Shown here one piece after another: positions 12,359 to 27,404 of a DNA stretch of 64,000 bases (positions are counted from its first letter, which is position 1; every line of letters starts with the position of its first letter). Source of the DNA: Octopus sinensis (lineage: Eukaryota); assembly GCF_006345805.1 (NCBI RefSeq), contig NC_043001.1, positions 103,788,001-103,852,000 on the forward strand, written 5' to 3'. Below the pieces are notes generated by a model. It had not been told where the DNA came from, did not search any database, and was given only the letters and a program-made list of their open reading frames with translations. Both the position numbers and the translations under genes were made by a program.

Positions 12359-13354
12359 AACTGTATGACCTATTGCTGCAATTTGGTACCAACTGTTATG
12401 GAGAAATAGAAACACATACAAAAGGTAAAAATTGATAAATACCAGAACCATAAACAAAAAAATGGAAGTCGATGAAAATGGCAGAGAAGCCTGATGTATT
12501 TCGAGCCGAACAGTGAAAATAATGACAGCCTTCGTTGCCGCCCGGTTAAAAGAAAATTACTTAAATATGTTGTAAAATAGGAACAAAATACGTTTACATA
12601 ACCCAACATAGAGTTAAAGTGTTGATAGTGTAGAGAAATATCGATTTTGTACATTGATACAAGGTCATATATTTTGGGCGATGGAAAGAGTTGATTAAAT
12701 TAACTCCATCTTTTAACTGGTGCTTCATTTCTTCGAACCCTGTAGAATACAAAGCAGAATTGATCTCTCCCTCATTGATCTCGCTGATATTCCATAACTA
12801 AATACTTCAAGGGCATTTAGTTCGATAATCTATTGATTTATACATACACCACCACGCACACATGGATACATCTTAGTTCTTAGATCCTCCATGCTGTCAG
12901 CCCAACGAACAACGGGCTATCGGCAGACATCTTGATTATATATGCTCTTAGGTTCAATCCGGCCGACTCTCAACGCTATTTTGTCGTCCCAGAACGTTCA
13001 GCACCAACTCTTATCACATATTTGGTCTCTCTCTCTCTCCCTCCACCTCTCTCTCTCTCCCTCTCCCGCTAATGAGTATAACCCTACCATTCTGATAATT
13101 GGTGAAGCCAGGTCACACGAGACTTGCTGATTTTGCAAGGTGAAACGAGGAAAAAAAAACGTGAGGTAAAAAAAGGATGTCAAATGAGTTGTATACGCAT
13201 AAGCACACATACACACAGACACACACACATACACACACATACACGCACGCACAGACACATGCACACACACACACACACACACACATCTACACGCATATAA
13301 CCCCGAACGAAAAAAGACGAAATAACTAAATAATAGGGATGAAAAGAAAGATAG

Positions 13355-14325
<971 letters not shown>

Positions 14326-14346
14326 CAGACACACAGACAGACACAC

Positions 14347-14429
<83 letters not shown>

Positions 14430-16089
14430 CGAACAGACAGACACAAATATATATCAATATATCCATGAGTTTAGGTGAAGACATCACTATGTGATACTGG
14501 GATATCTTGCAGTTCGACAAATAGATATCGACTGAATAAATATTCAAATAAGTACGGAGGTCGGATTTTAGCACAAGGCCAGCAATCTTAGGCTGGAGTG
14601 GTCAGCCCATTACATTGAACTTCGTACTTTATCCAACTCGAAAGGAAGAAAGGCAAAGTTGACCCACAGTATATTAAACCTAACTAAATTTATACGATTC
14701 GCTAACGATTCTAATTAATTAATTAATTGTTAATAATCCTATGAATTTGCAAATAAACGACCAGATATTTTGATTGTGAAACCGCATAAACGAGCAGAGT
14801 TCAACGAAAATTAAATAAATGCAAATTGTTATGGTATAAGATATTTGAAATGGCGCTGGCGGTCATGTTGCTTTCGCTATTGATTCAATGAAGCCTTCTA
14901 AGGAGAGACGAGATAGTTTCGTTGTCCAGAAATTTATACAGATATTTATCGTTTCGGTTCTGGTGAACGTATGCTCATTTCAACTGAAGTCTTTTATGTT
15001 GAACAATTAATCTTTTCGTCTATCTATCTATCTAGCTAGCTATCTATATATCCATTTGTTTATCTATCTCTCTATCTTTCTGTCTAGCTGTCTATCTATT
15101 TATCTTTCTCTTTCTATCTATTTATGTATGTATGTATGTATGTATGTATTATGTATGTATGTATGTATGTATGTATGTATGTATCTATCTATCTATTTAT
15201 CTACGTGCGTGTATGTGTGTATGTATGCATTTATACGTTTGTGTTTGTGCGCGCGTGTGTGCATCTATCTGCCTACCTAAGTGTGTGTGTATGTGTGTGT
15301 GTAGAATAAGGAAACAAAAATAAAGCTCCTAACAATGGAGAACGTTTTACCAAAACCTTTATATTTTAGGCGCAAAGGCCATCCTCAGAAGGAAGAAGTC
15401 CGAGAAATGACTGTTTACATTGATTTCGTTATTTGATTTTAAATTTCTTGCCTTTTGGGTTAGCAGGAGTAGCAGCAACTCTTCAAAAGCTGGTGCGAGC
15501 AAATCTCCAATTGTTGATCGTTGTGAGGCATTTTCACCTATTGTTGTTGATGTCGTTATTGGTGGTGGTGGTGGTGGTGGATGTGATGGTGGATGTGGTG
15601 GTGGTGGTGGATGTGGTGGTGGTGATGGTGACGATGGTGGTGGTGGTGGTGGTGGTGGTGGATGTTTTTTTTCGTATATTGTCTGTTGGTAGTAGTTGCC
15701 GTGATGTCTCCATAGGTGCTACCGGACCATCTCCGATCGATGGCACATTTTCGGCTTAAGGCAGTGGATGAATATAGCTTCATTGATAGGAATATTTCCT
15801 GTGTTCCTCACCGAGGCTAGTATGGTAGTTAATAAAAAATAATAAATTAAAAGTGAACCACAATCATTTAAAAGCTATGACCCTAACAAACTTCATACAG
15901 TTCTTAGAAGTGTAGTATATTCTGAGTCACATCGGTAGCAACATGGACTTTCTCCCTCTTCTTGCTCTATTAGAGAATTTGAGCAAAATCATATTAATGT
16001 GTCCAACTCATTAAAAAATTCTATTTAATTATACAGCTGAGGATAGCCCTGCATTTAAGCTGATGTAACGATTGCATTGAAACAGTCAT

Positions 16090-16798
16090 ACTGCATCACC
16101 TCTTGATATCTTGATTGCTGCTTCGTTTCCGGATCGTAGCCGTACCACTAGCTTCGTCATCAGTAATGACCTTCGAAAAAAGTTTCGGATCAATTTCAAA
16201 CTGTTTTATTTTTTTTTTGGGGGGGGGGTCAGTTCCCGACACGCATTCAGTCGGGACTGCTTTTGATTATCCGTGACAAAGCGAGGCACTACTTTTGCTG
16301 CAACTCATTTCATTTGCAATATTTCGCTCAAAACTCCTTGCTAGGAGCGCCAGGATACACCAGGCATATCAACAAGTTTGTGAATGTTTCGACCACTGTC
16401 CTTCAAGATCAGTTTGTGATGTTTTCATTCGTTTTGGGAGGTCGGCGGTTGTCCTAAACGAGGCTGGTCTTCAAGCGACAAGGGATCATTTCCTTTTGCT
16501 CATGATAGCGTCCTTGTGAGATGTTTGAAGCATAACATCTGTTTCGGTCACCGTCTTCCCCAGCAGAAAACAAAATTTCACGAAAGCACACAGTTCATTC
16601 GTTTCAACCATCACAAAAATTAATGGAGAAGCCCTGCAAAACGAAGACACACCACCTGGAAGAACGCCGACTAACGACGATGGAGATTAGCAGACTGATG
16701 CCTGAGGATTCCATCAAGTGGCTTCCAGCGGCGGAGAACTGAACTACAATGGGCTTGTCCCACAGAGAACGTTTCCGGTTACTTCTGGGTACCTTTTG
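16090..16798 (-). mobile_element. Mariner transposon relic (5' TIR + N-terminal half of transposase, frameshifted)
   Basis: TA|CAAAAGGTACCCAGAAGTAACCGG TIR-like end at 16798. ATG at 16611: MVETNELCAFVKFCFLLGKTVTET..., then FEIDPKLFSKVITDDE and YDPETKQQS motifs. Confidence 0.85.
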
Positions 16799-16999
16799 TA
16801 CATTATCCACACATATTTTACTAATTATGGCACAAAGGTTGTCAGAGTGTTGTCGAGAGTTTCACGTAAAACCGCCAGTAAAATGTCTGACCAGGCATCT
16901 ATCTGAATCAGTATTGTACTGCTCGACAACATCAAAATATAATCATTCATTATTCATTTAGAATGTGCATTTTTGCCGACTCATGAGTAACTAGCTGCT

Positions 17000-18045
<1,046 letters not shown>

Positions 18046-18219
18046 ATTTGAGATAACTATTGAATATTAGTACTTGAAATGTTCTTGTAAATCACATATA
18101 TAAAGGAGATAATCGCTGTAATATTGTGATTGAATCAATAAATCTTTCAATTTTCTCTTCTGTTAATACGGTTTATTATTTAATCAACGGAAACCTGCAA
18201 GGAAACTAGCGAAGAATAT

Positions 18220-18450
18220 CGAAGATCATGGAAATGTATTTGAGATATACGAAGGGATCGATATTTCAACGAAACTGAAGCAATGTCTTTATAATATACA
18301 AAGTATGACCAAAATGGAGGACAAAACTCATATAAGTTTTGTTTGTAACATTGTCTGGAATTTCTCAATGTTAGCTTTGTTTCTTACTTAACGATCCTTA
18401 TCACAGTGGTGACCGCTTCTTCTGCGTGGAACCATTTCAAAGATCCGTAT
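18220..18450 (+). mobile_element. Possible hAT transposase C-terminal remnant
   Basis: FLNVSFVSYLTILITVVTASS loosely resembles the hAT dimerisation motif FPNVxIALRILLTIPVTVASAERSF. Very degenerate. Confidence 0.25.
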
Positions 18451-18616
18451 TATTCTTAGATGGAAATGTGGTTATACCTTCCATATGAAAACATTAAACC
18501 TCAAAGAAACTCTTTATTCTCTATCGTGACTTCCAAGAGATGAAAAGATTCGAAAGATTCGAAATGTTAATAGTCATCCGAAAACAATGATTATGATATT
18601 AATCACATTTTTACAG

Positions 18617-18646
18617 ATGTTTGCATATTTTATTGCAACCGCATTC
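18617..18646 (+). CDS. Candidate 30-nt microexon
   Basis: catttttacag acceptor, TTC|gtaagt donor. Symmetric and open in all frames (MFAYFIATAF or CLHILLQPH). Confidence 0.35.
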
Positions 18647-19249
18647 GTAAGTCATTCAGAAACTGTTCGACGAACAAAGTTGCAGTAATAACGCCCAGGT
18701 TTACTGAAATGCAATAAAAAACCTCGAAGCAGAAATCACTTGTAACATTGCAATGACATCGGTTCTGAGCAAACGCTTGAATCGATCTTTGGGAGAACGA
18801 TATTATTTCCCATGTTGCCCAATATTGATTTATTTTTTTGATAGGAGGAAATTATGCTGATTATATGAAGGGGAAGAAGCAGCAGCTCATCAGAAACAAA
18901 TAATCAACTCAGATTTGTCCAAACAATATCAAATATTGCCAATGTTGTCACAGAAATCTCATATATCGTCTTGTATGAGTCAATAAAATGTATAAATATC
19001 GATCAGCGAGTCATCCAGACTGCAAAATGTTATTAAGCAAGAGTCACATTAAAGAATGTTTTAAAAACAGGATAAATATCTATGGAATTGGATGGAACGT
19101 AAGGAGAGGGTTAATTCAACAACCTGAAGACGAGAAACTCGGAGGAATGACTAAAAAATATTTAGTATTTGTTGTCATGGAAACGACGTTTATTTTGGAG
19201 ATCTGCGTTTCGTTTCCGGTCAAATTTATTCATAATCTACATTAACCTT

Positions 19250-19470
19250 TTATCTTTTACTTGTTTCAGTCGTTAGATTGCAGTCATGCTGGGGCACCAC
19301 CTTCAAGAAATTTAGTCCAACGAATCGACCCAGAACGTATTCTTTAAGCCTGGTACTTATTCTATCGTTATGCTTTGCCGAACAGCTAAGTTACGGGGAC
19401 GTAAACACACCAACGCCAGTTGTCAAGTGATTGTCGGGCATAAATACAGACACAAACACATACACACACT
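19250..19470 (-). mobile_element. SINE type A 3' half followed by (GT)n
   Basis: Reverse-complement match to the 3' half of 41328-41735. Confidence 0.85.
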
Positions 19471-19508
19471 TATGTGTGTGTGTGTGTGTGTATGTGTGTG
19501 TGTGTGTG

Positions 19509-19558
<50 letters not shown>

Positions 19559-19957
19559 CGTGTGTGTGTGTGTGTGTATAAATATGTATAAGATATAATT
19601 ATGGTTATGTTTAAAACAATGTAAAAATGTCACGCTTCTGTACAGAAAAATTCAACCAGAAATATTACTGGGGGACAGGAATCAATAGATTCATGTATTT
19701 GAAATGATCGGCCAAAAGATGAAAGCTAATATCATACTAGGCAAATATAAACAAATTCGTTAGTGTTCAGAAGCTATTAATAGACCAGGTTCGCTCTCTT
19801 GGTAGACAGAATGTCAAATAACATACGTAGGCCTAACAATATCTACAATTTTTCAACAAAATCGATATCGAGTTCTAACAATAATGTATGACTCCTGGGG
19901 TTCGATTTTAAGCAATCGCTAATTTTCTAACAATGATAGCTTTCAGATATACTCTTT

Positions 19958-20165
19958 TATTTGTTCCAATTATTTGACTGTGTCCATGCTGGAGCACTCC
20001 CTTTAGTCGAGCAAATCGACTCCAGGACTTATTCTTTGTAAGCCTAGTACTTATTCTATCGCTCCATTTTGCCGAACCGCTAAGTTACGGTGACGTAAAC
20101 ACACCAGCATCGGTTATCAAGCAATGTTGCAGGGACAAACACAGATACACAAACATATACACACA
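19958..20165 (-). mobile_element. SINE type A 3' half
   Basis: ccatgctggagcac...gccgaaccgctaagttacgg...accagcatcggttatcaagc. Confidence 0.88.
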
Positions 20166-20636
20166 CACACACACACACATACATACACAAATATATATTA
20201 ATGAATATATACGTATGTATTTATGCATGTTTGTATATACGAGACGTTTATGTCTCTCGTTCTATACAATTTGATTTTAATTGTTTTTAAATAAAAGACA
20301 AGATTTTTGTAATGTCGATGGTTGATCTTCGAAAGAATTTTCACTGTTATTTCTAGCATATGCAGCAACAACCCCGCAGAGATTCGTATTCCTGTGGATA
20401 GTTTTCTTACGAATTAAACCTTCAGAGAAGGTCAATAAGAACTTTCAATTTAGGTTATCATTGATTACTTTTCGTCTCCCTGGCCTCTGCCTTTGCTCTA
20501 TATTTGGTCTTGGCCCAATCCACAACTTGGCAGTTAACAGAGAAGAAACCAGACGGATTTAGATAGAAACTGACGGGTTTTATTTACATTGCTTGAGACT
20601 AACATATATTTTCCTTTCTTCGCTGTACGTGCACAG

Positions 20637-20722
20637 ATCTGTGTTTATGTATATCTTCGTTAACGTGACTGTGTTTCAATGTGTTTCTATGTGGTTTTGT
20701 GTACCGTGTGTGGTTTTGCTGT
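20637..20722 (+). CDS. Candidate penultimate coding exon (86 nt, phase 2-1), transmembrane-like
   Basis: Branch point ACTAAC, pyrimidine tract, cacag acceptor, CTGT|gtaagt donor. Only open frame is SVFMYIFVNVTVFQCVSMWFCVPCVVLL. Caveat: the sequence is GT-rich. Confidence 0.4.
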
Positions 20723-21482
20723 GTAAGTGTGTGTGTGTTTGTTTATATTACAACTGGTAAACCAATAGTAATAGTAATTATCTACGACTGATACACTGAT
20801 AATTAATTAATTATTAATTATTAAACTAGTTCTCTTCCACCAATATTACAGGGTTGTTCTGTCAATTCAAGAAATCGTTCTAAACAAGAAAGTCATGTCT
20901 TGAATAATTACAGAAACTGCAATTTTTTAAGCTAAACAAGGTCCTTTTTTGCTGTTGCTCATGCCAACGAAAGATGATCTACAATGTTACCTAACCTGCT
21001 AGAAGTAACAGCCTAATCTCCATGAAATCTCTCGCAACCGTCTTAAAACACTGAAGGAGCTTATAATAAGGTACCTGCCTTATTACAAATAGTGCAATTG
21101 CCCTCTAAGTCAAACCCTGTCCACAGTAAATATTAAAAGTCGCTTTGAAATAATTCATTCTTCTGACAGAATGATCGAGGTTGGAAATATTCTGTCGTAG
21201 GTCTTCTCAATTAGGGTTTGAACCGGGTTCTAAATAATTCTAAACAAAGGAAACATCATATACTTTCTGAAATGTAAAATCAAACCATCTACACGAATGC
21301 ATAATTAAAAACCTTCACAGAGTACGGACTAGATTGGGTGTTGCTTTATTTTCTAAAAAATGATGATTTACTAAAAAAATTTCGTCGTTCATCTGAAGGC
21401 TTTAATTTACATTTCACGATCTCATATATTTGATGGACAATGTTTGCTACCGTAGGTTAGTGCCCTACTTAATCCACAGTGT

Positions 21483-21790
21483 GGATGCACATGGCCTAGT
21501 GGTTAGAGCAGCGGACTTGCGGTCGAGCGATCGCCGGTTCGTATCTCACACGGGGCGATGTGTGTGTTTATGAGCGAAACACCTAATCTCCACGCAGCTC
21601 CGGCAGAAGGTAATGGCGACCGTCTGCTGACTTTTTCGCCACAACTTTCTCTCACGCTCTCATCCTACAACTAGCAGCTTACCTGAGACAGACCGGTGTC
21701 CCGTCCAGGTGAGGAGCCTATACGCAAATGAATTCGGCAAATCGGCACTTATGACCCAAACATGGTTCGAGAAGGAACAAACAACAATAA
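21483..21790 (+). mobile_element. tRNA-derived SINE type C
   Basis: A box TGGCCTAGTGG, B box GGTTCGTATC. Body homologous to 2698-2910. Confidence 0.8.
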
Positions 21791-21817
21791 ATCCACAGTA
21801 TTCTGTGAAGTCGTGAC

Positions 21818-21987
21818 CAAACGATTACATCGAACCCAGTACGCAACTGGTGCTTAATTTATCGACCCCGAAAGGATGAAAGGCAAAGTCAACCTCGACG
21901 GAATTTGAACTCAGAACGTAAAGACAGATGAAATACAGCTAAGCATTTCGCCCGTCGTGCTAACGATTCTGCCGGACCGTCGCCTTA
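21818..21987 (-). mobile_element. SINE type B
   Basis: atcgaccccgaaaggatgaaaggcaaagtcaacctcgacggaatttgaactcagaacg block. Confidence 0.88.
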
Positions 21988-22646
21988 CAAATCCACCGTA
22001 TTGTATGGTAACACAGGTCCTTAGTAGTTTGAGGCAAATTGAGAATTACATTTACTAAACTATTATTTATTTATATGTAGAATATTGTAGTAATGACTGA
22101 TAATTCTGCGATGCAGGTTAGATTCTTTTTTGCTGCTGTTTTACTTCTCTAACTATTTCCATTTATCATTGTGAGATGGGTTAAGGTCAACTAAGCTAAC
22201 ACACATCACACTACAGGGAGACAAAACTTTGACTGGAAACTTCTATGATAAATGGCAAGACATATTCATTATAAAAAGGGAAGGATATTCGATAGAGGTG
22301 GAAAATGGGATTCACCGAACTATACGTACACCTCCTATATATCATTTTCTACCCCTCGATATTTTGTGCACATGCAACCAAAACACCTCTGGCTGAAATT
22401 CATGTACAGATATCTCGAAAACATAGTATGATGTCATATCGACACTACAGCTGCATTTACGTAGAGAAACAAACCTGTCCCTTTATTACTAGTCGTGCAA
22501 TGTCGACAACTAAATCCTTCAAAATCACCAAGCCCCACAATGACAGCTCCCTCGTTGCGGTCAGCAAAGGGTTAAGCGGAATTTCAAATGAGACACACAT
22601 GGAACACTTTTCACACATCTGAGCTAACTTTTCTGCTCTTTTCTAG

Positions 22647-22732
22647 GCCACATCCTCGAAAAAGACAAAAAGAAAAAGTTCAGTCGATTGATAGGCACAG
22701 AATCACTCAACGGCTGCTCCACCGATTCATGA
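22647..22732 (+). CDS. Candidate terminal coding exon
   Basis: GCTAAC branch point + ttttctgctcttttctag acceptor. Phase-1 frame HILEKDKKKKFSRLIGTESLNGCSTDS* is phase-compatible with 20637-20722. Confidence 0.4.
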
Positions 22733-22959
22733 GAACATTTTATCAAAGTAAATTGATTAAAAGAATTTTTATTAATGTGCGTGTATATTAGTAATAGAAA
22801 TAAGTATTTGATGGTCCTACAGAGTTTATTAATTAATTTATTCTACACAGAGATTAATTAAAAGAATTTGCGCTTAAAACTTTGATTAATAAACAGCAAA
22901 ACCAAAAACAGAATATCTACTTTTGTTGTGTTTAATTAACCAAAGAACAATTACGCTTT

Positions 22960-23365
22960 GTTGTGTGCATGTGCGTGTGTGTGTGCGTCCGTTTGTGTGT
23001 GGGGGTATGTAGGTGTGTGTGTGAATGCGTGTGCGTGTGTGTGTGTGCATGTGTGCGTGTGGGTGTGTGCGTGTGTGTTTCTCTGTGTGTGGGTGTGTGA
23101 GGTGTGTGTCTATGGATGTGTGTGCATGGCGGTGCGTGTGTGTGTGCGTGGGGGTGCGTGTGTGCGTGGGTATGTCTGTGGGTGTGTTTGTTCGCGTGTG
23201 TGGGCGGTGTGCGATTGCGTGCGCGGTGCGTGTGTGCGTGTGTGTGGAGGGATGTGTCTGTGTGTTTGTGTGCGTCTTTGTGTGAGGCGTGTGTCTGTGT
23301 GCGTGTGTGTGTGCGTGTGTCTGTGTGCGTGTCTGTGTACGTGTGTGCGTGTGTCTGTGTGTCTA
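22960..23365. repeat. Degenerate (GT/GC)n simple repeat
   Basis: Direct reading. Confidence 0.9.
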
Positions 23366-25154
23366 TCTGTTATTAAGACAGTAGTGTTGATTTGAGGAAG
23401 ATTGGTGTACTATGTCCAGTGAGTCGAGCGACCACAAGGTTCGAAATACTATGAACAGTATTTCTGAAGTTTAATCCGAAGCTGAATACTGTAAAGATAA
23501 CAATAAATTTCCATAAGATAATATGGCGGACAGGAATCTTGAAGCTAATTCATTTTGATAATCATTGACTCAATGATACAAACAGCCACTTATACGCTGA
23601 AAGCCTAATTACGAGTAGCAACTTTGTTCTCATAGATTCTTATCAACAGTCTTTTCCAGCCATGTATGACAGACAGACAAAGAAACAGCAAATACTTAAG
23701 TCAGTATAACAACATTTTACTATCATCTAATTGTCTATTATAATTAAACATTATCTGCTGGCGTTGATAAGATATCGATAGATACATAACTATGTAGAGT
23801 TCTGATGAGATGATTTTGCGACGCGATCTCAAAATCCACTGGAAACGAAATAATTTTTTTAACGTCACTAAAACAATGTAATATAGAAGGGTAGAATGGC
23901 GTAAGTGGAGCAAGAGTACACACGAAAACGAAAAGTGTCGCAGATGTGTGACGAAAGATTTCCGGACAATGGAAAAGAGTTAGAATAAGAAAAGTAATAA
24001 TCGAGTGAAGAACAAATATACAGTGCGTGTGTTTATTTGGCAAAAGAAAACAGCAAAAAACAAATGACTCTCCCGAAATACAACAATAATGTTACAAAGA
24101 TTTCCAACACCATGTTATCTAAGATTAAGGATACTGGCGGATTTCCTGACTTTCAAATAAATTACAGTTTTGAACTGGCAGAACCTTCAGAGAGTTGGAT
24201 AAGTTGGCTGTAGTTATGAGATCCCCTCATTACGAGTTTCATTGCACCGATGTCAACTTTGCTATGCATCATCCCGGACAATAAAACACAGAATCAGTGA
24301 ACTTACTATTCATCTAAAGCTTCAGAGACATAAATGGAATTAAAAGAAGAATTGTCGTTGTCATTATAATTTAACCCCCAGTTTATAATCAAAAGTTTTC
24401 CAGCCGTGACGATATAGCCTTTTATTGAGATGTTGTATATCCCACGTGTCTTATATCTTTAATTAAAAAGAACAAGGTAAGATGAATTTTAAGGGTTATT
24501 TGGCTGACAATTGGCGTAGAGGGAAGTGATGTGTCTAAAAAAATGTCTTGACGTTAAATAGTCACAGCAGACATATGTGAGAACGTGGCAAGCCATACGG
24601 AAAATAAAAACCACAATCAGACTAAATTATATTGGGAAACGCTGGTCAGAATTCCTAAATAGAAAATCTTAGCTACTTCACAGCTAATCCATTCGATCAA
24701 TCAACACATTGTTTGTCCAACAAGGAATTATGTTATCAATGCCAACTTCATAACATATTCCAACTTAATCACAAACCAATTATTCTCGGCATCTCGCCAC
24801 GACTTCCTTTCAATTATAACATCATTCTTTAAAGATTCTTTTGCAGATTTCATTAAACAATAGACAGAAAAACAACAACAACAACAACGGCAACAAGAAG
24901 AACAACAACCACGTAATGTTAATGGTTACTGAAAATGGCATATGGCGTCATATTTAGTCAGAAAGCGTGGAGATGATGAAAGTGAGACCAGCATTGGACA
25001 GATATTAATTTTATGGATGGCGTGAAGGATAAAAAGTAAAGTCGACCTCAGTAAGACTTCAACTCGGAATGGAAAGTGTTGTAAATGCATATCAGATGGT
25101 AGTTTGTCCGTCGTTCAACCCTTTCTGCTGAAACACAGCTGTCGTATGATAAGC

Positions 25155-25950
25155 TTTTCTACTATAGGTACAAGGCCTGAAATTTGGCGAAAGTGAGGGC
25201 TAGTCAGTTAATTCAACCTCAGTACTCGAAAGATACTTATTTTATCGACCCCGAAATGATGAAAGGCAAACTTGACTTCGGCCTCATTTGAACTCAGAAC
25301 GTAAAGACGGACGAAACACTTCTAAGCATTTTGTCCGATTCGGTAATGATTAAGCCAGCTCTCGTATAATAATGATAATAATAATTCTTTAAAATTTTGA
25401 TACAAGACCAACATTTTTATTTTTTTATGGAGAAGGAATTAGTCGATTAAATCGATCCCAGTACGCAATTGGGACGTATTTTATCGACTCCGAAGGAATG
25501 AAAACTTAAGTCAACCTCAGTGGAATTTGAACTTAGAGCGTAAAGACGGAGGAAATGCCGCTAAGTATTTTGTTCGACGCGCTAACGGTCCTGCCAGCTC
25601 ACTGCATTATATCTCTCCAATAATAATAATGATTTCTATTATAGGCACATGGCCTGAAATTGGGGGGGGGGGGGTTAAGTCGATTACATCAACCCCAGTA
25701 TTCAACTGGTACTTAATTTCTCGACTCCGAAAGAATGAAAGGCAAAATAGACCTCGGTGGAATTGGAACTCAGAACGTAGCGAAATATGGCTAAACGTTC
25801 CGTCGAGCGAAATAACGATTCTGCCAGCTCACCGCCTTCCCAATAATAATAATAATGGTGTCAAATCTTGGCACAAAGCAGGGATTAGACGCTTACCTTG
25901 AATCCAGGGCTTGACTGATACTTTATTTTAATAACCCGGAAAGGATAAAA
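25155..25950 (-). mobile_element. Head-to-tail cluster of about 4 SINE type B copies separated by short (TAA)n
   Basis: Repeated atcgac(c/t)ccgaa...tgaaa...gacctcgg...tgaactcagaacgta blocks at about 25245, 25485 and 25720, plus a partial at 25860-25950. Confidence 0.85.
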
Positions 25951-26439
25951 ATCAAAATTGACCTATAAAAAGCTTGAAGACCACTCGGAAACGTTCATAC
26001 AGCATAGAACATATTTTGGGTAAGAGGCTACAAGTCGCAGCGTTCACGTTTCCGCCAGATGGCGCCATGAAGTAACTGTTTGTATTTTTTAACGACTATT
26101 GCCTTAAGCGAGAAACTTTCCCGACAGCACACCGCATGAAATATGGCCATTGGGTTAAATATGTCAGAGACATGTTTGAACTGATCTAAATATTTGCGTA
26201 CTCACACCACTGCTTTCCCGTTACTACAAAATTTTGTTGTAGCCTTGACCAACGTTGCACGTAATCAGGTCATGTTTAAAGAAACAACGTCTTTCAAAGT
26301 CATTTCAAAGTTGTACTCAGTGCAGATAATATCCCTGAAGTTAAAAATGCATTCATCATTTCACCAGAGGATTCTACGTTTCCATGGTAAATATTTTCAT
26401 CAAAAATTTATAATCTTATCAAGTCTTGGTGGCTTCTAG

Positions 26440-27130
26440 TTGTAAGTTTAAAAATTCTGGGATATGTCTTGTGTTGTTATGGCCGTCTGTCTTCCTTTTC
26501 ATGTGTTATGGTTGTTGTCCCTTAAAGCTATTTCTTTGCTGTGCATTCTTCCTCCAGAATTCTCCTTATCATCTTGTTTTTGGTGTTGCAGCGATTTCTA
26601 ATTCAGTTTTATCGAGTTAATGAGGAAATCGTTTCAGGTTGAGGTCACTCTGCTTATTTGATTGAATGTTCGTCATCGTTTCTCACACCGGTTGACCGTA
26701 GCCACTCGGTGAGTATTTATAATTTCAGGCACTTTTGGCTTCATTTCCAATAATTCTCCTTTGTTTTACTTCTAGAGAATTCGTTTCATGTCTATTCTCT
26801 ATGGCGTCATTTCATTACAGACTAACGTTTTTTTTATTTTTCTTATCAATATGTTTTTTTTCTCTGTGGTTTCCATCTTGTTTGCCTGAGTGTTGATAAT
26901 CCTACATAAGTACATCTGAGAGAGGAATTCTTTCGTAACAACAATGGCTGCTGCGTAAATTATCTCATTTAAACGGTTAACATTGATGTCTCCATCTCTT
27001 TTTTTCTGAAGTCAGTCATGATTCGTTTACTTCATTTTTGTTTTTGTTGCTGCTACAATCTCATCGCCGAGTTTGAAACCGTCCAACGCACTCTCGTTGG
27101 GCGGAGCATAAAGATTTTCCATTGTTCTCT
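26440..27130 (-). mobile_element. Highly decayed R4/Dong-like LINE N-terminal region
   Basis: Minus frame DINVNRLNEIIYAAAIVVTKE and NRCEKR*RTFNQ resemble the pre-RT region of R4-clade ORFs. Many stops. Confidence 0.35.
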
Positions 27131-27223
27131 AATTATTTTAATCTTTAATTTCTATCTTTCGATTGTCTTGTTCACTAGCTCTATCTTAAGAATGTTCATT
27201 ATCTTCATATACCACTCTTTCAC

Positions 27224-27362
27224 TTCTATATTTAAGAGATGAGGAATTATGTACATTATTTACATTTGACCACTACGCCATATGCCCGTGGGCATATGGC
27301 GTAGTGGTTAAGAGCGCTGGCTATTAATCCCAAGATTCCGAGTTCGATTCCAAGCAGTGACT

Positions 27363-27404
<42 letters not shown>

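Noticed and set aside
27290-27362. tRNA gene candidates (also the heads at 41328, 21483 and 5190-5265)
   Set aside because: A/B boxes are present but there is no complete cloverleaf or acceptor stem. They are SINE heads.
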